64,000 nt of DNA from Trypanosoma brucei (lineage: Eukaryota), in contig CP000068.1 of the NCBI GenBank assembly GCA_000002445.1, positions 480,001 through 544,000 of the forward strand. The letters are read 5' to 3'. Positions within the stretch are counted from its first letter, which is position 1. Each line of letters opens with the position of its first letter. The notes beneath the pieces were generated by a model. That model had not been told where the DNA came from and ran no database searches. It was given only the letters and a program-made list of their open reading frames with translations. A program made the position numbers and the translations under genes. Shown here one piece after another: positions 24,301 to 34,680 of this stretch.

Positions 24301-25211
24301 TCTGATCTTTGTGGTGCGTAACGAAAATTTAACACCAACGATCACCCTCGGACAAACCACTTTAGATATTAAATAACCGGAACTACTATGATCCTAACAA
24401 TATATAAGAATATACAAACATCTGTAAAGTTTTAAAATTTGTATATACTTATAATTTAAGCGCCTGAGCAATGGCCAACTGCATCGTTTAATATCACTTT
24501 CATTTTTCATTTTTTTTTAAAAAACGATGTCTGTGTTGTTATTGATCGGAGAAAAATTAGGAGGTTGCGTGTTATTCTATTTACCCTCCTAACAGTCACT
24601 TTCTTTTTTTTTCACGACGATTTCATCTCACTTTGAACCCAACGAGTTGTGTGATTTTATTGCCAGAATATGCGCTGTTACCTCTTTGAAAATTCATAGT
24701 TCATGCTTTTTGAATTCAACGCTTGAGTTTTATCGAAAAGAAGCGAATGAAGTCTTTTCCCTTTTCATCGTTGTGTTGCGGCACCGATGCTTTTTTTTTT
24801 CTGGCTCCACTTACGAACAGTTGGAAAAAATATTTTTCCTAGTGCGAGTGCAGAGCAACTGGTCAGCTTTAAAAAGTTTTTTTTAGAATGCTAAACTTTA
24901 AAAAATAATATCGTGTTGTCATCCAGATACATTTTAGAAAATGGTTAGCAACTGGGATTGCAAGTCATATATTCTGGCACACGTTGATGTTTGGTTTGAT
25001 ACATATTTTATTGTGTTATATTTTTGCTATTATTTTATTGGGGAATTTATCTTCGATATGCGCTCATAAGCACCGACTTCTTTTTATATTTGTACTACTA
25101 CTGCAACCTGACCACCGTTCATATGTGTATATATATTAACTACAGTTTCTTGCTCGAAGGGTCCGGCACCTTAAGGTACATTAGCGTAGTAAGGTTGTTG
25201 GATTTACCGCG
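18342..25211. promoter_or_regulatory. divergent strand-switch region, candidate bidirectional RNA pol II transcription start region
   Basis: All confident genes to the left are on the minus strand and all to the right are on the plus strand. The roughly 7 kb interval has no long conserved-looking ORF. It contains a GC-rich block (about 20150-21750), an AT/T-rich block (about 22400-24650) and a C13A11 homopolymer (20904-20927). In trypanosomatids, pol II initiates in such divergent regions without a classical promoter. Confidence 0.55.
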
Positions 25212-25976
25212 ATGGTGATAAAGAAGGATGTTCCTTTCAAGTACACGCTACATCAAGGACTATGTGAGCGGGATCCAGTTTTGAGCACCCCTTTGATAAT
25301 TACGGCGGGAGTAGATGGCAATGAATTGCAGTACCGTCTTGACATGCAAGTTCCATCGCATTCAGCTATTGAAGGCATGGAGGTTACTAACGTGGAGTTC
25401 CTCTTTACAAGTAGCAAATGTAACGCGGGTAAATCAAATCAACATCTTTCTAAGTGTAGCATGTTAGTGTACTTGTACATGCAACTGCTTGATGGTGTAG
25501 GCAGACCCACGAGTCCACCGTTTCCTATATCATGTTGCAACACCCATACTGGGAAAGGCATTTTTTCGTGCGTAAAGCTGCCCCTTCAGGTTAATCAACA
25601 GTGCAGATTCTATTTGGTTCGAAGAAGTTGTACAGATAGTGCTTCCCAGAGTGCTATGGAACTTAAGGGTGTGCGCTTTACCAGTAAGTTGTACCTTTTG
25701 TATCGTTCACCGCTGAATTCTGCAAAAGTTCGGAGTCAGATGGACGTACTCACAGGTGGCGATCTAAAATTTACGGCAGATACCGAAGTAATGACTTCTA
25801 CCGGTGCGAAACGCAGTCGTGAGGAATTAGAGCGATTCGGATCTGAAAATTCTGATCGCAAGGGGAAAAAAGCAAAGAGGGAAAGGGAAACGGCGACCAC
25901 GATGGATAGGGCTTCCGATGATGAACCCCCAAACCTTATTTATGCCTTCGTGTCAGGAGGAGACAATGAGAGTTAA
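25212..25976 (+). CDS. hypothetical protein, first ORF of the plus-strand array
   Basis: 254-aa ATG-initiated ORF, the only long ORF inside the strand-switch interval. Codon composition resembles neighbouring genes. The C-terminus is basic and acidic (KRSREELERFGSENSDRKGKKAKRERE). I recognise no domain. Counting it makes the gene total match the locus numbering I recall for this chromosome-5 segment, which is weak support. Confidence 0.4.
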   Translation: MVIKKDVPFKYTLHQGLCERDPVLSTPLIITAGVDGNELQYRLDMQVPSHSAIEGMEVTNVEFLFTSSKCNAGKSNQHLSKCSMLVYLYMQLLDGVGRPTSPPFPISCCNTHTGKGIFSCVKLPLQVNQQCRFYLVRRSCTDSASQSAMELKGVRFTSKLYLLYRSPLNSAKVRSQMDVLTGGDLKFTADTEVMTSTGAKRSREELERFGSENSDRKGKKAKRERETATTMDRASDDEPPNLIYAFVSGGDNES

Positions 25977-27905
25977 TAATTGTGCGCATATTAAGTTCGC
26001 CATCCCCCCCCCCCCGAGGCATGCTGTCAATATTTTTGACCGTCGCATTATCACATTGCGGCATTTTTTTGCCTGTAGTTCCGTTTTTTCTTGGTGATTT
26101 TTGTCGGTTTTACCTTTTCGATTTATACATATCTACATTGCCACGATTAAGATCCGCTTTCTTCATGTTAATGAAAACAAGCATCATTACTTTTCTCCTC
26201 TGTGACATGTAAATTCGCAAAAAAAAAAACTCTTTCCCCACATTTTCTTAGTTTTAATGTAGTACATACGGTGGTTCATAATTTAGATGGCTGCTATTTT
26301 CTAATGCTTAGATTCACAAAATACTTTAAATAAGTAAAGTGAAATTGGCTATGCATTTTTGGACAAGTGTTTAAGGCCTTGTGTGAATAACATTACTTAA
26401 CTTTCTGGATTGCTGTATAAATGGTTGAGATGACACTACTTTTTTGTTTTTTTTAATTTTAAAGATGAGCAAGAGGGTGTTTGTGGTTTTCTATGTACCT
26501 CATTAATTTCATACAGCGATAAATTTCTATCATTCTGGAAGTGGGTTTCATTTGCGAGGGAATCAATTGAGATGTTGGTTTTTCAACGTTGCGAGAGAAT
26601 CTCTTGGACTGCTGCAATGACACAGGAAGTTACAACATTGATGTCACTACATTTTTATTGGCAAAGGCGATCGTAAGAGTGCGCGGTATATATTCCCCAA
26701 CGTGAAGGGGGAAATGCGTAAAATATGCATGTGTGTGAGCTTGGCCCTTTACAAAATATAAAATATAACAGCAGAGTAGTAGCATTCTACGGTTTCTGTT
26801 AGACTTTCCATCTTCTTACTGCAATGATGTGAGTTCCTTTGTTACGTGTTTCTTTTGTTTTTGCAGTGTGACTCAATTGGAGATATCCGGGCGTCTGTAC
26901 CGGGGTACGCGCAACTAATGAAGGAAATACTTTAGTATCAACTATTTTTCTTTACCTTTTGCGGAACATTTTTAAAAATTATTATTATTTTGACCGTTGT
27001 TATGTGATATTAAAAAGTTGATAGTGTTCATTTGTTTTGGTTTTATTACACCGAAGACTCGCTATCGGTGTTTTTAGTGTATTTTCTCAGTTATCGTTTT
27101 GCTTTCCTTAGCAGCACGTGGTCAAGGGTTCGATTTTTTTCCCCCTTTGCCATTTGCAGGTGTTTTTGCTGCGACACGGTAAATGGGGATGCCAGCAACT
27201 GAGTTGTCCTGGTAGCTTGGGCAGATATGTCATTTTTCAATTCTACCCAACATCTACAGTTGTTTGATTCATTTCTCTCTTATTTTTATTTTTTACTTTG
27301 GTTTTTTTAAACATTTGGAAGATGACATCCTGAAGGATCGGGGTGATATACCTTCTAAAACGATAAATGGCACGGGGCTGCAATTTAACAGCAAGTTACT
27401 ACCTCAGGAATTACTGGTGATGAACTAAGGTAGTGAAGACCATGCGCGCAGTCCTGTTCGCTGCCGTACCGTCCGTGTGCGGTTTGTAAACAGCTGCAAA
27501 CTTACTTTCTTTTATCGATCGATTTGTTTTTTTAAAGATAAACTTTTTGCAAGGGATTTTGATGTACTCAATTATTTTTGTAAATATACGTGGTTTCGTC
27601 ATTCGAAAAATCTTTGAACACGCGGCAATTCTTTAGGTAACTGTGGGATCGCGTCTTCTTTTTATGCGACGGCATTTAAACGTAGGAGCTGCTGTTCTGT
27701 GAGGTTGCTGTGACTTACTCTGCACCATGGTTGTTCACTGCTCCCTTAATGCTTCTATTTTTTGAAATGTTTAAATCTATATCCCATCGTGTTTAACGCA
27801 CTTGTAGGAAAACCCGCGGAGAACAACATTTATTTTTGTCATCATTAATGCTATTATTACCCTTTTTTTTTGCAATCTCTTAATAGGGTTTACGTGGTCA
27901 TTTGA

Positions 27906-29762
27906 ATGAGTGAACCATTGATGGCTAGGTGTGCATCTCTGCTGGACATCTTGGTTCCCCGTAGTGTTGAATGCTTAAGCAATGCGAAGGTACAGAACGA
28001 ATCGTGCTGCGCTATACAGTACGACCGAATTTTGCGTGTCCCGGTTCTGATTATGAAAGGAGACATCTCGAATGCCCGTGTTCAGATACCGCGTGATGGC
28101 AAATCACTTCCTGTAGTTCCGCTGCCGTGCACTCTCGTAGCTCTCCAGGCGTACATTGGATCTTTTGACACCTTTGCGTTGGAGGTGTCAGTGAGCACTA
28201 AGACTTCTCTTCGCGTGAAGCTGATTATTGGGACTCACTTTAACAAGACGTCGTTGGAGGACACCGGTAGCAGTCTGATTCTCTTTAGGATGCCCTTGAT
28301 CATACCGCGAAACAGATGGGTTCAAATAGTATTTCACATTTCAGGAATCGTAACGCATCTTCTTGAACTGCCGCCAATTAAATTCATCGACGCAATATCA
28401 TTGAGTGGCACATGTAAGGCTTCGCGCTTGATGGCATCCAATAGTGAGGAGGTTGTAGTGAACGCAACACCCAGTGACATGACTCTCTTTGCTGTTCCGG
28501 CGTATGCGCCCCCGATTTGGCAGACCGTTGCGGCCTCTCCACCCCCGAACGGGACCTGCAGTGACAATAATAAAAAAATTAGTGGTCGCTCTCCACAGAA
28601 AGTTGCTAAAGACCGCTTACCCGTTGTAGTGAAGTCGCCATTAAGAAGGGACGATGATACTGCCAATGAGGGTGAAAACGACTCACCAAAGCATAATGTG
28701 GTGCGAACAGCTGCTACAAGTGCTTCTAACGGCACACCATCGCCCCCGTACAAACAAATAGGGCGCGAGGTTTCGGCTATTGAGAGTACATCAAGCGCCA
28801 ACTCCTTTGATGTGCCGCCGGAAGGTCGGGCGCCAAGTTTGCCAGGTGACTTTACAGATGCCCGCCGAGTCAAGCAGATGCCTAAGCAACAGGTCGGTCA
28901 GCCCGCTGCGAGGTGCGGATCTGCCGCTTACATACGGCTGGTAAGCGGAGCGAACTTTCCGCCACGTAGCAGCAGTAACCCGACTGTGAAACCGCGTCCG
29001 CTTCACTTAGGGGCAAAGGAACAGAGTCCTAGTGCGGTTACAACTCCCCCGCCACCCCCTGTCGAAACATACCCGGGTGTATGCGATCTTTTGTTTGATG
29101 CCTCGTATGGCATCACAGGTTGGGGGGAAACCGCCTGTCGTGCAAGTACTGCTGCTTCAGCCTCTCCTCCTCGTGCCGGAAGCGATGTAAAGTGCAGGTC
29201 GGCGCCAACTGCGGCAGTACCAACCAACCGAATATCTGGTGGTGCAGTGAGTGAGTGTAAAACGAACGGATTAGCGGAGCAGGTTTCCCCGAAAGCGAAA
29301 CGGTTGAAAAGGGTTATAGAAATAAGGCGGCGGTCATTCGTCCCCCCCACTAGGCGCCGGAAGCCGTGCGGTGGTGATGGTCAAAACGGTGAAGGCAACG
29401 AAACAGGGGCGGCCGCGGGCGGTACGTCCAGGAGGTCTGCTGTTAGTGTGAGGCGGCTTTACATGCGAAAGAGGATCAGGAAACTAAAGGAAGCACAGAA
29501 CAGCGCACGTCGCATGCAAGAAATGAAAAGACTTCCAGCGTCTGAACTACCCATAGACCCTCAGGACGAGGCACTTATGATGGTTGGTGAAGAGACAATG
29601 AATGTCACGCGTGAGCCACGTTGTGGTTACGGTTTTGGTTATCTTGGTGTCCTTCATGAGAGTGGCGGATTTGAGGCGGATGAGAATGCTGACACGGAGT
29701 TGAAGGGCGCTCTCACGCTGGAGCTTTCCGAATTATCCGATGGTGAGGAAAATGAAGAATAG
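27906..29762 (+). CDS. CFAP20/DUF667-domain-containing protein with long disordered S/P/A-rich C-terminal extension
   Basis: 618-aa ORF with ATG start. The N-terminal roughly 190 aa follow the CFAP20 (BUG22) pattern: FALEVSV...LRVKL...FRMPLIIPRNRWVQIVFHISG...GTCKASRLMAS corresponds to the CFAP20 blocks FEVQV...MPMRLDDGWNQIQFNL...ANCRIRRV. The remainder is low-complexity with a KR-rich patch (RRLYMRKRIRKLKE). Confidence 0.5.
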   Translation: MSEPLMARCASLLDILVPRSVECLSNAKVQNESCCAIQYDRILRVPVLIMKGDISNARVQIPRDGKSLPVVPLPCTLVALQAYIGSFDTFALEVSVSTKTSLRVKLIIGTHFNKTSLEDTGSSLILFRMPLIIPRNRWVQIVFHISGIVTHLLELPPIKFIDAISLSGTCKASRLMASNSEEVVVNATPSDMTLFAVPAYAPPIWQTVAASPPPNGTCSDNNKKISGRSPQKVAKDRLPVVVKSPLRRDDDTANEGENDSPKHNVVRTAATSASNGTPSPPYKQIGREVSAIESTSSANSFDVPPEGRAPSLPGDFTDARRVKQMPKQQVGQPAARCGSAAYIRLVSGANFPPRSSSNPTVKPRPLHLGAKEQSPSAVTTPPPPPVETYPGVCDLLFDASYGITGWGETACRASTAASASPPRAGSDVKCRSAPTAAVPTNRISGGAVSECKTNGLAEQVSPKAKRLKRVIEIRRRSFVPPTRRRKPCGGDGQNGEGNETGAAAGGTSRRSAVSVRRLYMRKRIRKLKEAQNSARRMQEMKRLPASELPIDPQDEALMMVGEETMNVTREPRCGYGFGYLGVLHESGGFEADENADTELKGALTLELSELSDGEENEE

Positions 29763-30925
29763 GTTGTTTAGGCCTTGTGACGTCTGTGACAATATATCTT
29801 TCCGATTCTTGTGGACTTTTTTGTGGCATTTCAGTGGTGTATGTAAGAGTTTTTGCGTTACAAAAGTGCGTGTGTACAAATCGTGCGTTGAAAGGCAGGA
29901 GACACTCCTTCGCCGCGCTTGCGGCGGCAGGGGTGATTTTTTTTTTCTTGGAAGGGAGTCGTATCCGTGTGCGTGTGCTTCTTCGTAAGTTGTTGCGCAC
30001 AAAACCTTGCCTGCTGAAATGCGCGTCTCATATACATATACATATATATATATATATATATCTTCCCATCATTATCACTCCCCATCTGGTCTTTTTTTCT
30101 TTTGTGTTCAGCTGGGTGATGCCCTTTTCGTTTCCTCGTTCCAACCTTTTGTATGTCTGGTTATATTTCACTCCCCTTTACGTTTAGTGTGCCCCCTAAC
30201 TCTTCCACTCGCTTATCATGGAAGCGTTCTTGCCAGAAAGATGATTTGTCTTCAACCGGAGTTCGTTTTTTTTTCCTAAGGCAAGAGTGAACTCATGCAC
30301 ACAGGCTCGGGTCAATATTAACGACACGCCAAGCGGCTGGGTGAGCAGTGAGAGCATTTACCCTATTTTCTCCCTTCTTCGTTTGTTTTCTATCTTCTTC
30401 ACTGTATTCCCCCCTTTTTGTTCGACAGTTGTTGATGTTAATTGACTGCTTGTACCTTTTTTTTGTCATTTTTCTTTTTTCTTCTTTTCTCATTTCCATT
30501 CCACTTTCTTTTTGTTTTCGTCCTTTTTTTTTCTTTTTAGCCCTGTACGTGCTTGCAGCAGATAAGGCTGCCGTCATTACGATTCCAGTGTGTTACGTCT
30601 ATGGTGAAGGGGAAATTTCGTGTGGATGTGAGGTAAATAAAACAAAACCAAGTTGAGCGAGAGCAGACGGGCATACAGTCGAAGGAACGGGATAAAACTA
30701 AATTAAAAAAAAGATCCGAACTGCTGGAAACCCTGAATAACACCATGGATATGCACCCATCCTTTCCACTTGGTCAATCGCGATTCCCACCATCTTCTTT
30801 TGTGTTTTGTGGAGTAAAAATGTGTGAGGGGAGGGTATGGGAAGGGAGTTTACATGCTGTAGTTTCGCATATTGTTACATGTCGTCGTCTTTTTTGACCT
30901 TTCTTCTTAAAGAAAGGCCAATATC

Positions 30926-31058
30926 GCCTCCTCTTTTTTTTTTTTACAATCCTACACTGCCCTTCATCTCGTCAATTTTTCTTTGTTTTCAATTCTTTTA
31001 TCTGTCAAACACTACACCATTTCCTCGCCGTGTCGCTTTCTTGTTTTGTTGAACACAG
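30926..31058 (+). promoter_or_regulatory. polypyrimidine tract plus AG, candidate spliced-leader acceptor for the L13a gene
   Basis: A roughly 130-nt C/T-rich run (ctcctcttttttttttttt...cctcgccgtgtcgctttcttgttttgtt) ends about 20 nt upstream of the ATG at 31078. The first downstream AG is at 31057-31058. This is the canonical trypanosomatid trans-splicing signal architecture. Confidence 0.45.
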
Positions 31059-31077
31059 AAGAGAGTAAGCTCCCGGA

Positions 31078-31746
31078 ATGGTTTTACCAAGCCGCAGGTC
31101 GCTGAATCGCAGCTCCCGCAAGGGCTTCAAGAAGCACCGTCCTGACATTATTGTTATTGACCTGAAGGACCATGTATTGGGTCGTGCGGCCGCCATCGTC
31201 GCCAAGCAGCTGCTGCTCGGAAAGAAGATAACTGTGGTCCGTTGTGAGAAATTAACAATTGCAGGATCGGAGATTCGCAACAAGATCAAGTACCTGCAGT
31301 TCCTTCGCAAGCGGAAGCTGTCAAACCCGAAACTTGGACCATTCCATCATCGCAGTCCCTCTGATGTGTTTATCCGCACAGTTCGCTCCATGCTGCCGCG
31401 TTACACAAAGCGAGGCCAGCGCGCGCTCCGCCAGCTCGTTGCTTACGAGGGCGTACCCGTCAACGTCGTGCGTACCGGCGGTCGTGTGGTGATTCCCAAG
31501 GCGCAGCGTCACAACTGCTACCGTAACGAGCGCCGCTTCACGGTGTTGGGTAACATGTGCAAACACGTTGGATGGAAGTACAGCGACGTTGTGGAGAAAC
31601 TTGAGGCAGCCCGTATTGAAAAGTCCGGGCGTCACCACAAGAAGATGGAAAAGGTTCGCGTCGCTTGGAAGAATGCCCGCAAGGAGGCCCTCAAGAAGAT
31701 GCCCCAGAAGAATGTGGAGGTTCTCAAGAAGTTTGGTCTTGCGTAA
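31078..31746 (+). CDS. RPL13A: 60S ribosomal protein L13a (uL13)
   Basis: 222-aa ORF with ATG start. It is strongly basic. Conserved L13a blocks include VIDLKDHVLGRAAAIVAKQLLLGKKITVVRCE and KYLQFLRKRKLSNP. Confidence 0.9.
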   Translation: MVLPSRRSLNRSSRKGFKKHRPDIIVIDLKDHVLGRAAAIVAKQLLLGKKITVVRCEKLTIAGSEIRNKIKYLQFLRKRKLSNPKLGPFHHRSPSDVFIRTVRSMLPRYTKRGQRALRQLVAYEGVPVNVVRTGGRVVIPKAQRHNCYRNERRFTVLGNMCKHVGWKYSDVVEKLEAARIEKSGRHHKKMEKVRVAWKNARKEALKKMPQKNVEVLKKFGLA

Positions 31747-32230
31747 TTCACATGGGATTCACCGAGAAGTCTCTGCCGTAGAAGCGTGGCTGAGGTGCCG
31801 TCTGAAAGGTCTAATCTCTCTCTAATTTTGTTCATTTACTACTCATTTCTTGTTTCAAAAAGAAAAAAAAAGAGACGATATTTTTGCTTGTACGGTTGCT
31901 TCACCCAGCAACTGTGGCACCATCGTTGGTTGCGGGTCCTGCACTGATGATTTGCTGCGTGTCGTATCTGGATTTTCTTTCTTCTCACTCTTCTCGTCTA
32001 TTTTCCTAATTTCCCTTTGTTGGGTAACGGTGGCATCTGCACTTTGCTGTGCTTTTTTTTTTTGGGGGGGGGCGTCACCTGTGTACACCTCGAGGTTTTT
32101 TTGTGTTTTAGTTCGAATATTTTTGGTGCTTCCTTATCGAAGGGACTCGTCTGACCACGACAAAAGAGTTGTAGTTTTTTTTTTTTGCAGAAGTAGGAAG
32201 TGGAGTGACGAGAAGGACTAGTGCGTTCAG

Positions 32231-32989
32231 ATGGAAAATAACGATACGACTCCATCCAATGCCAATTGTACTAGGGGCGATGGTGGTGTAGAGCGTGCCA
32301 TGACTTGGGAGGAGTACAGAAAGAAATATGTGGAAGAGCAGCGGCGTAGGTTTCGGTTGCATCAACAGGGCATCAACAGAAATGATGGAGAAGGCGGGGC
32401 TATTAGCGAAACAAATGCAAGTGCTCAAGCCTCTTCACTACCTTTACAACAGCCGACTCCTCAGCCAAATGCTCCGGAACAACAGCAACAGCAGCGGGAG
32501 GAGGAGGAGGAGGGGGCGGGACAGCCAGTGCCACAACTGGTCAGAGCGGCACTGCGCCGAGGATTGACCCACTTTTTGAACGAAGAAACGGTAATTCAGG
32601 GCCTCCGAGTTGTGGGACGGGCGGCGCTGGCGAGCGTACTTGTCTTTCGCTCTTTCAGTGTCTATAACGTTTTTGTGATGCTCGGGATTTACATGGGATG
32701 GTGCTTGCTAAAATTCATGTTTTCCTCTGTGCGTGTGGAAGGGTCGAGTGAAAGGAAGAGAAATCAGGGAAGGGAATCCGTTCAACCGGAGGGAATCAAT
32801 CCTGAAGGGACGGAGCCTCAAGCTGCACAAGCGGTTCAGCGTGTGACACCAGTTCGTAAGCTCCTTTATGTGATAACTCGCTGCGCCACCTCCTTTGTTC
32901 TAAGCATATCTCCAACATATTCGGTGGAGCAGTTGGAGGCAGAGTTGGTTGCAGATGGCATAGTGGATCCTCATCTACATGTGGACTAA
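32231..32989 (+). CDS. hypothetical protein, Q/E-rich N-region and C-terminal hydrophobic segments
   Basis: 252-aa ATG-initiated ORF. The middle has a (Q)5 REEEEEG tract. Two hydrophobic stretches (ALASVLVFRSFSVYNVFVMLGIYMGWCLLKFMF) suggest membrane anchoring. No recognised domain. Confidence 0.5.
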   Translation: MENNDTTPSNANCTRGDGGVERAMTWEEYRKKYVEEQRRRFRLHQQGINRNDGEGGAISETNASAQASSLPLQQPTPQPNAPEQQQQQREEEEEGAGQPVPQLVRAALRRGLTHFLNEETVIQGLRVVGRAALASVLVFRSFSVYNVFVMLGIYMGWCLLKFMFSSVRVEGSSERKRNQGRESVQPEGINPEGTEPQAAQAVQRVTPVRKLLYVITRCATSFVLSISPTYSVEQLEAELVADGIVDPHLHVD

Positions 32990-33079
32990 ACAAAAATGGT
33001 TGTACCTCCATTGCAACTGTAACACCCCATGACTGAAGCGCCATGCAGTTGCTTTTCATTCACTTCTTTTCTGTGCTCC

Positions 33080-33082
<3 letters not shown>

Positions 33083-33126
<44 letters not shown>

Positions 33127-33154
33127 TATATGTGTGTATGTGTGTGTGTGTGTG
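33083..33154. repeat. compound microsatellite (TA)~24 followed by (TG)~11
   Basis: Direct reading: tatatata...catatatatatgtgtgtatgtgtgtgtgtgtgtgt, located in the spacer between the 32231 and 33641 genes. Confidence 0.9.
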
Positions 33155-33640
33155 TATGAGTTACGTATTGTTGAACCGCATTTTGCTTTTCTTTGTGCTG
33201 AAGGGTGGAAGCGGCATTCGAATAATGAGGTGGCGAGTAAGGGTGGACGGGTGCAAATGGTGTTTGGAAGGAGAAAAAAAAAACAGTGTCTCTATTATCT
33301 GCCTCTACTATCTTTACCTCCTCTCCTTCTTGCTGCGTCTGGTCGGATGTGTTGGGTCCCGGTTGTTGCCGACAATTCCATGATGCTAACGATGATTGCA
33401 TGTCATCTGCGTGGATGTATTTTATTTTTCCTTTGTCGCTTCACCCTTTTCACTCTATCAACTCCCTTCGCTGTCGCATGGCGTAAAGAGACAAGCAGCC
33501 ACAAGACGACACAGACAAGAAGCTAGCGAGCCTGTTCGTGTTTTTTTTTCCGTGGGTTTGAAAGGCGTGTGCGTGGAGTGACCTACGACGTTGGGTATTC
33601 ATTGTTGTACTGTGAAAGAAAAGAAAAAAACTTGCAGGGG

Positions 33641-34120
33641 ATGTCCCTCATTACTTCACCGGGCGATGCGGGGTTTGGGGTACTGCTTCTTTCCTTTGTT
33701 TGTGCATCAACGGTACTAATATTCTTGAAATTAGCTATTCGGAGAAGACAGCACTTAAAAGAGGCGGCGCCCCCAACCATTTTTATTCCCCGTGGTTACA
33801 CGGTCGAGGAACTTAGTGAGTATGATGGTGTGAAGTCGCCGCTTGCTTTTGTCGGGGTGCGGGGCATTGTTTACAACGGTGCCACTTCTTTTTACGGAAA
33901 CAATGCGCCTTACAACGCATTTGCGGGTAGGGATAGCTCGCGCCACTTTGCGAAAATGGATGTGGGACGGCAAGAAGCGAACATGGATTGGACGACACTT
34001 AGCCCATCACATATGAAAACTCTGATTGAGTGGGAGGCATTGCTGCGTAGTAAGTATGAGGTTGTGGGTTGGATTGTACCATCCGACAGTTTCTTTAAGA
34101 AGGATGAAAATTTAGCCTAA
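33641..34120 (+). CDS. cytochrome b5-like heme/steroid-binding domain protein (MAPR/PGRMC-like), N-terminal membrane anchor
   Basis: The track ORF starts at GTG (33569). The first ATG at 33641 gives MSLITSPG... An N-terminal hydrophobic helix is followed by a cyt-b5-like fold: FTVEELSEYDG...LAFVGVRGIVYNGATSFYGNNAPYNAFAGRDSSRHFAK. The heme-ligating His pair of true cyt b5 is absent, as in MAPR proteins. Confidence 0.6.
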   Translation: MSLITSPGDAGFGVLLLSFVCASTVLIFLKLAIRRRQHLKEAAPPTIFIPRGYTVEELSEYDGVKSPLAFVGVRGIVYNGATSFYGNNAPYNAFAGRDSSRHFAKMDVGRQEANMDWTTLSPSHMKTLIEWEALLRSKYEVVGWIVPSDSFFKKDENLA

Positions 34121-34680
34121 TGATTCATCTGTGTGAAGGACTTTGTTTCCCGCTTTCACATTCAGTGCCCCACACGTAGGTATGAGCTACACGTGCATAA
34201 ATACCTCTAGAGAGGAGTGGCTAACGCTGACGTGCAGAAGGTACGTGTGTGAAATGGATTTATTGGACAATCAAGTTACCGTGAGCCTGCCTGTTAACCC
34301 GTAGTAGGTAGTTGCGGCTGCCACTGGCAGCAGAAGATCCTCCCACTTGCTGTTGTAATTGTGGTAGTATATTTTCTTTTCGCTGCAGCGTCATTTGCCT
34401 GATTTCTTCCACGGCATCTGTGCCTCGCCGAGTCCGCCGGACTGCCGACTCTTTGGACATGTGCTGGCCTTTTCCTCTCGCTCTTACCTGGCAACACGAA
34501 ATAACTCTCTTCCCTCCCCTGCTGCGCATATGCACACACACACACACACACACAAAGAAAAAAAAGTAAAACAAAAACAAGGACGGTACGGAGAATTCGG
34601 GTTTCCCCCATCGACTTCTTCGGCTCCTTCGCAAATTCTTTCTGAGAACCCGGTTGGTGCGGGAAATAAGCTAACAGTAT

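Noticed and set aside
22400-24650. AT-rich block as a possible centromeric repeat array
   Set aside because: T. brucei centromeres are tandem AT-rich repeats of about 147 bp spanning many kb. Here I see no periodic repetition and the block is only about 2 kb. It is more likely ordinary AT-rich strand-switch spacer.
27105-27140. tRNA-like B-box fragment GGTTCGATTTTTTT
   Set aside because: Only the GGTTCGA heptamer is present. No A-box (TRGCNNAGTGG) lies 30-40 nt upstream. There is no acceptor-stem complement and no CCA-proximal context, and it runs directly into a T-run. I found no convincing tRNA anywhere in the window.
28334-29350. Antisense ORFs (179 aa, 115 aa, 71 aa) inside the CFAP20-domain gene
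   Set aside because: They lie entirely within a long sense ORF with a recognisable domain. They are opposite to the transcription unit direction. Their S/G/R-rich composition is typical of antisense frames of GC-rich coding DNA.
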